A stretch of 60,023 bases of DNA, the filler included, from Circinaria calcarea (taxonomy: Eukaryota), in assembly GCA_051942165.1 (NCBI GenBank). It is 7 parts of 7 records of this genome, joined end to end, with 100 filler letters (N's around TTAATTAATTAA, not from the genome) between each part and the next. Parts side by side here need not be neighbours in the genome. Positions count along the whole stretch, not along the records: positions 51,548 to 60,023 come from JAVECS010001108.1; 6 more parts are not named here. The stretch is one strand, 5' to 3'. The notes under the pieces were generated by a model, which was not told where the DNA came from, ran no database searches, and saw only the letters and a program-made list of their open reading frames with translations. A program made the translations under genes and the position numbers. The stretch's first letter is position 1. Every line of letters starts with the position of its first letter. Positions 59,315 through 60,023 of the stretch are shown one piece after another.

Positions 59315-60023
59315 GGCCTGTGCCAGGTATATAACTTAGACAATGGTGCCTATAGAGTGTCGAAAATAAACAACCATAGAATGGTACCCTCCAACTCGCA
59401 TAGCTGGGTAGGCACCAAGCCAACATTAATATATCTACTATTTCCTCCACCACGATGATCACCCACCTAGAGCGTATGGGTACGTACCTTGCTATCTGAT
59501 TAGTCAACTACGGCTAGGTACATGAGAATAATAGTCGGAGAGTAGTGAAGATGTAAGATGATACCGAAAGGATGACTTGAATAAGTACCGGCCACTATGT
59601 TAGTGTTGCAGAAGTTACTCGTTGAAGCCGTGCCGTTCTATCTAGACATGATTCTTGTAGACAAAGATTTCGGCAGGTCCAAAGCAGACGTGGATTACTG
59701 GGACTAAAGGCTTCTTGGAGCATACATGTAAATATCCCGCCGTCACAATTATTCGGGGCAGCCGTTTCAGCCCTGCGACTATGCCTGCATCTCTTCCTTT
59801 TGCTCCACCAACGACAAATTCGAGTGGAGGTGCCTTTCATTTCAGTCACCCCGGTTTGCAGGACTTTCCATTCGATCAGGTAGCCTCACACTATTATCTT
59901 GTTTGACGGGTTTGATTCCGACCTTATAAGTTCGTTCGTCTTGATATTTACAGGCATCCCTCGTGCATAGTCAGCACCAGTCAACATGGTTTACACCAAG
60001 CGGTTATGTCAGCTCTGTAGTGT

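Overview
This is not one locus. It is seven unrelated contigs of about 8.5 kb, in descending length order, joined by artificial 100-nt spacers (N44-TTAATTAATTAA-N44). They come from a filamentous ascomycete (Pezizomycotina; a lichen-forming fungus is possible but only inferred). Contig 1 (1-8504): MITE-like hairpin, divergent TmpA-like flavoprotein and AfeA/4CL-like adenylating enzyme, arsH, and a Cys-tailed bZIP. Contig 2 (8605-17101): Mlp1/Tpr, TFIIE-beta and a terminal 128-bp palindrome. Contig 3 (17202-25693): TFIIF-alpha and a Cid1-type uridylyltransferase. Contig 4 (25794-34283): ferroportin 3' end, a HeLo-like/Cys-rich/ankyrin/FFAT-like/TM protein, and a BAR-like 3' end. Contig 5 (34384-42869): Mtr3 3' end, a tiny secreted-peptide ORF, an MFS transporter and an aspartic protease 5' end. 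Contig 6 (42970-51447) is mitochondrial-type (UGA=Trp): atp6, a decaying linear-plasmid insert (dpoB and rpo convergent, with paired terminators), atp8, trnR(UCU) and rns. Contig 7 (51548-60023): an alpha/beta-hydrolase-NACHT-ankyrin NLR with two C-terminal zinc-ribbon repeats, directly downstream of a HET-domain gene. The best leads are the NLR with appended zinc ribbons plus its HET neighbour, the plasmid relic, the HeLo-like/ANK/FFAT protein and the tmpA/afeA/arsH neighbourhood. All calls rest on motif recognition and manual splicing; no searches were run.
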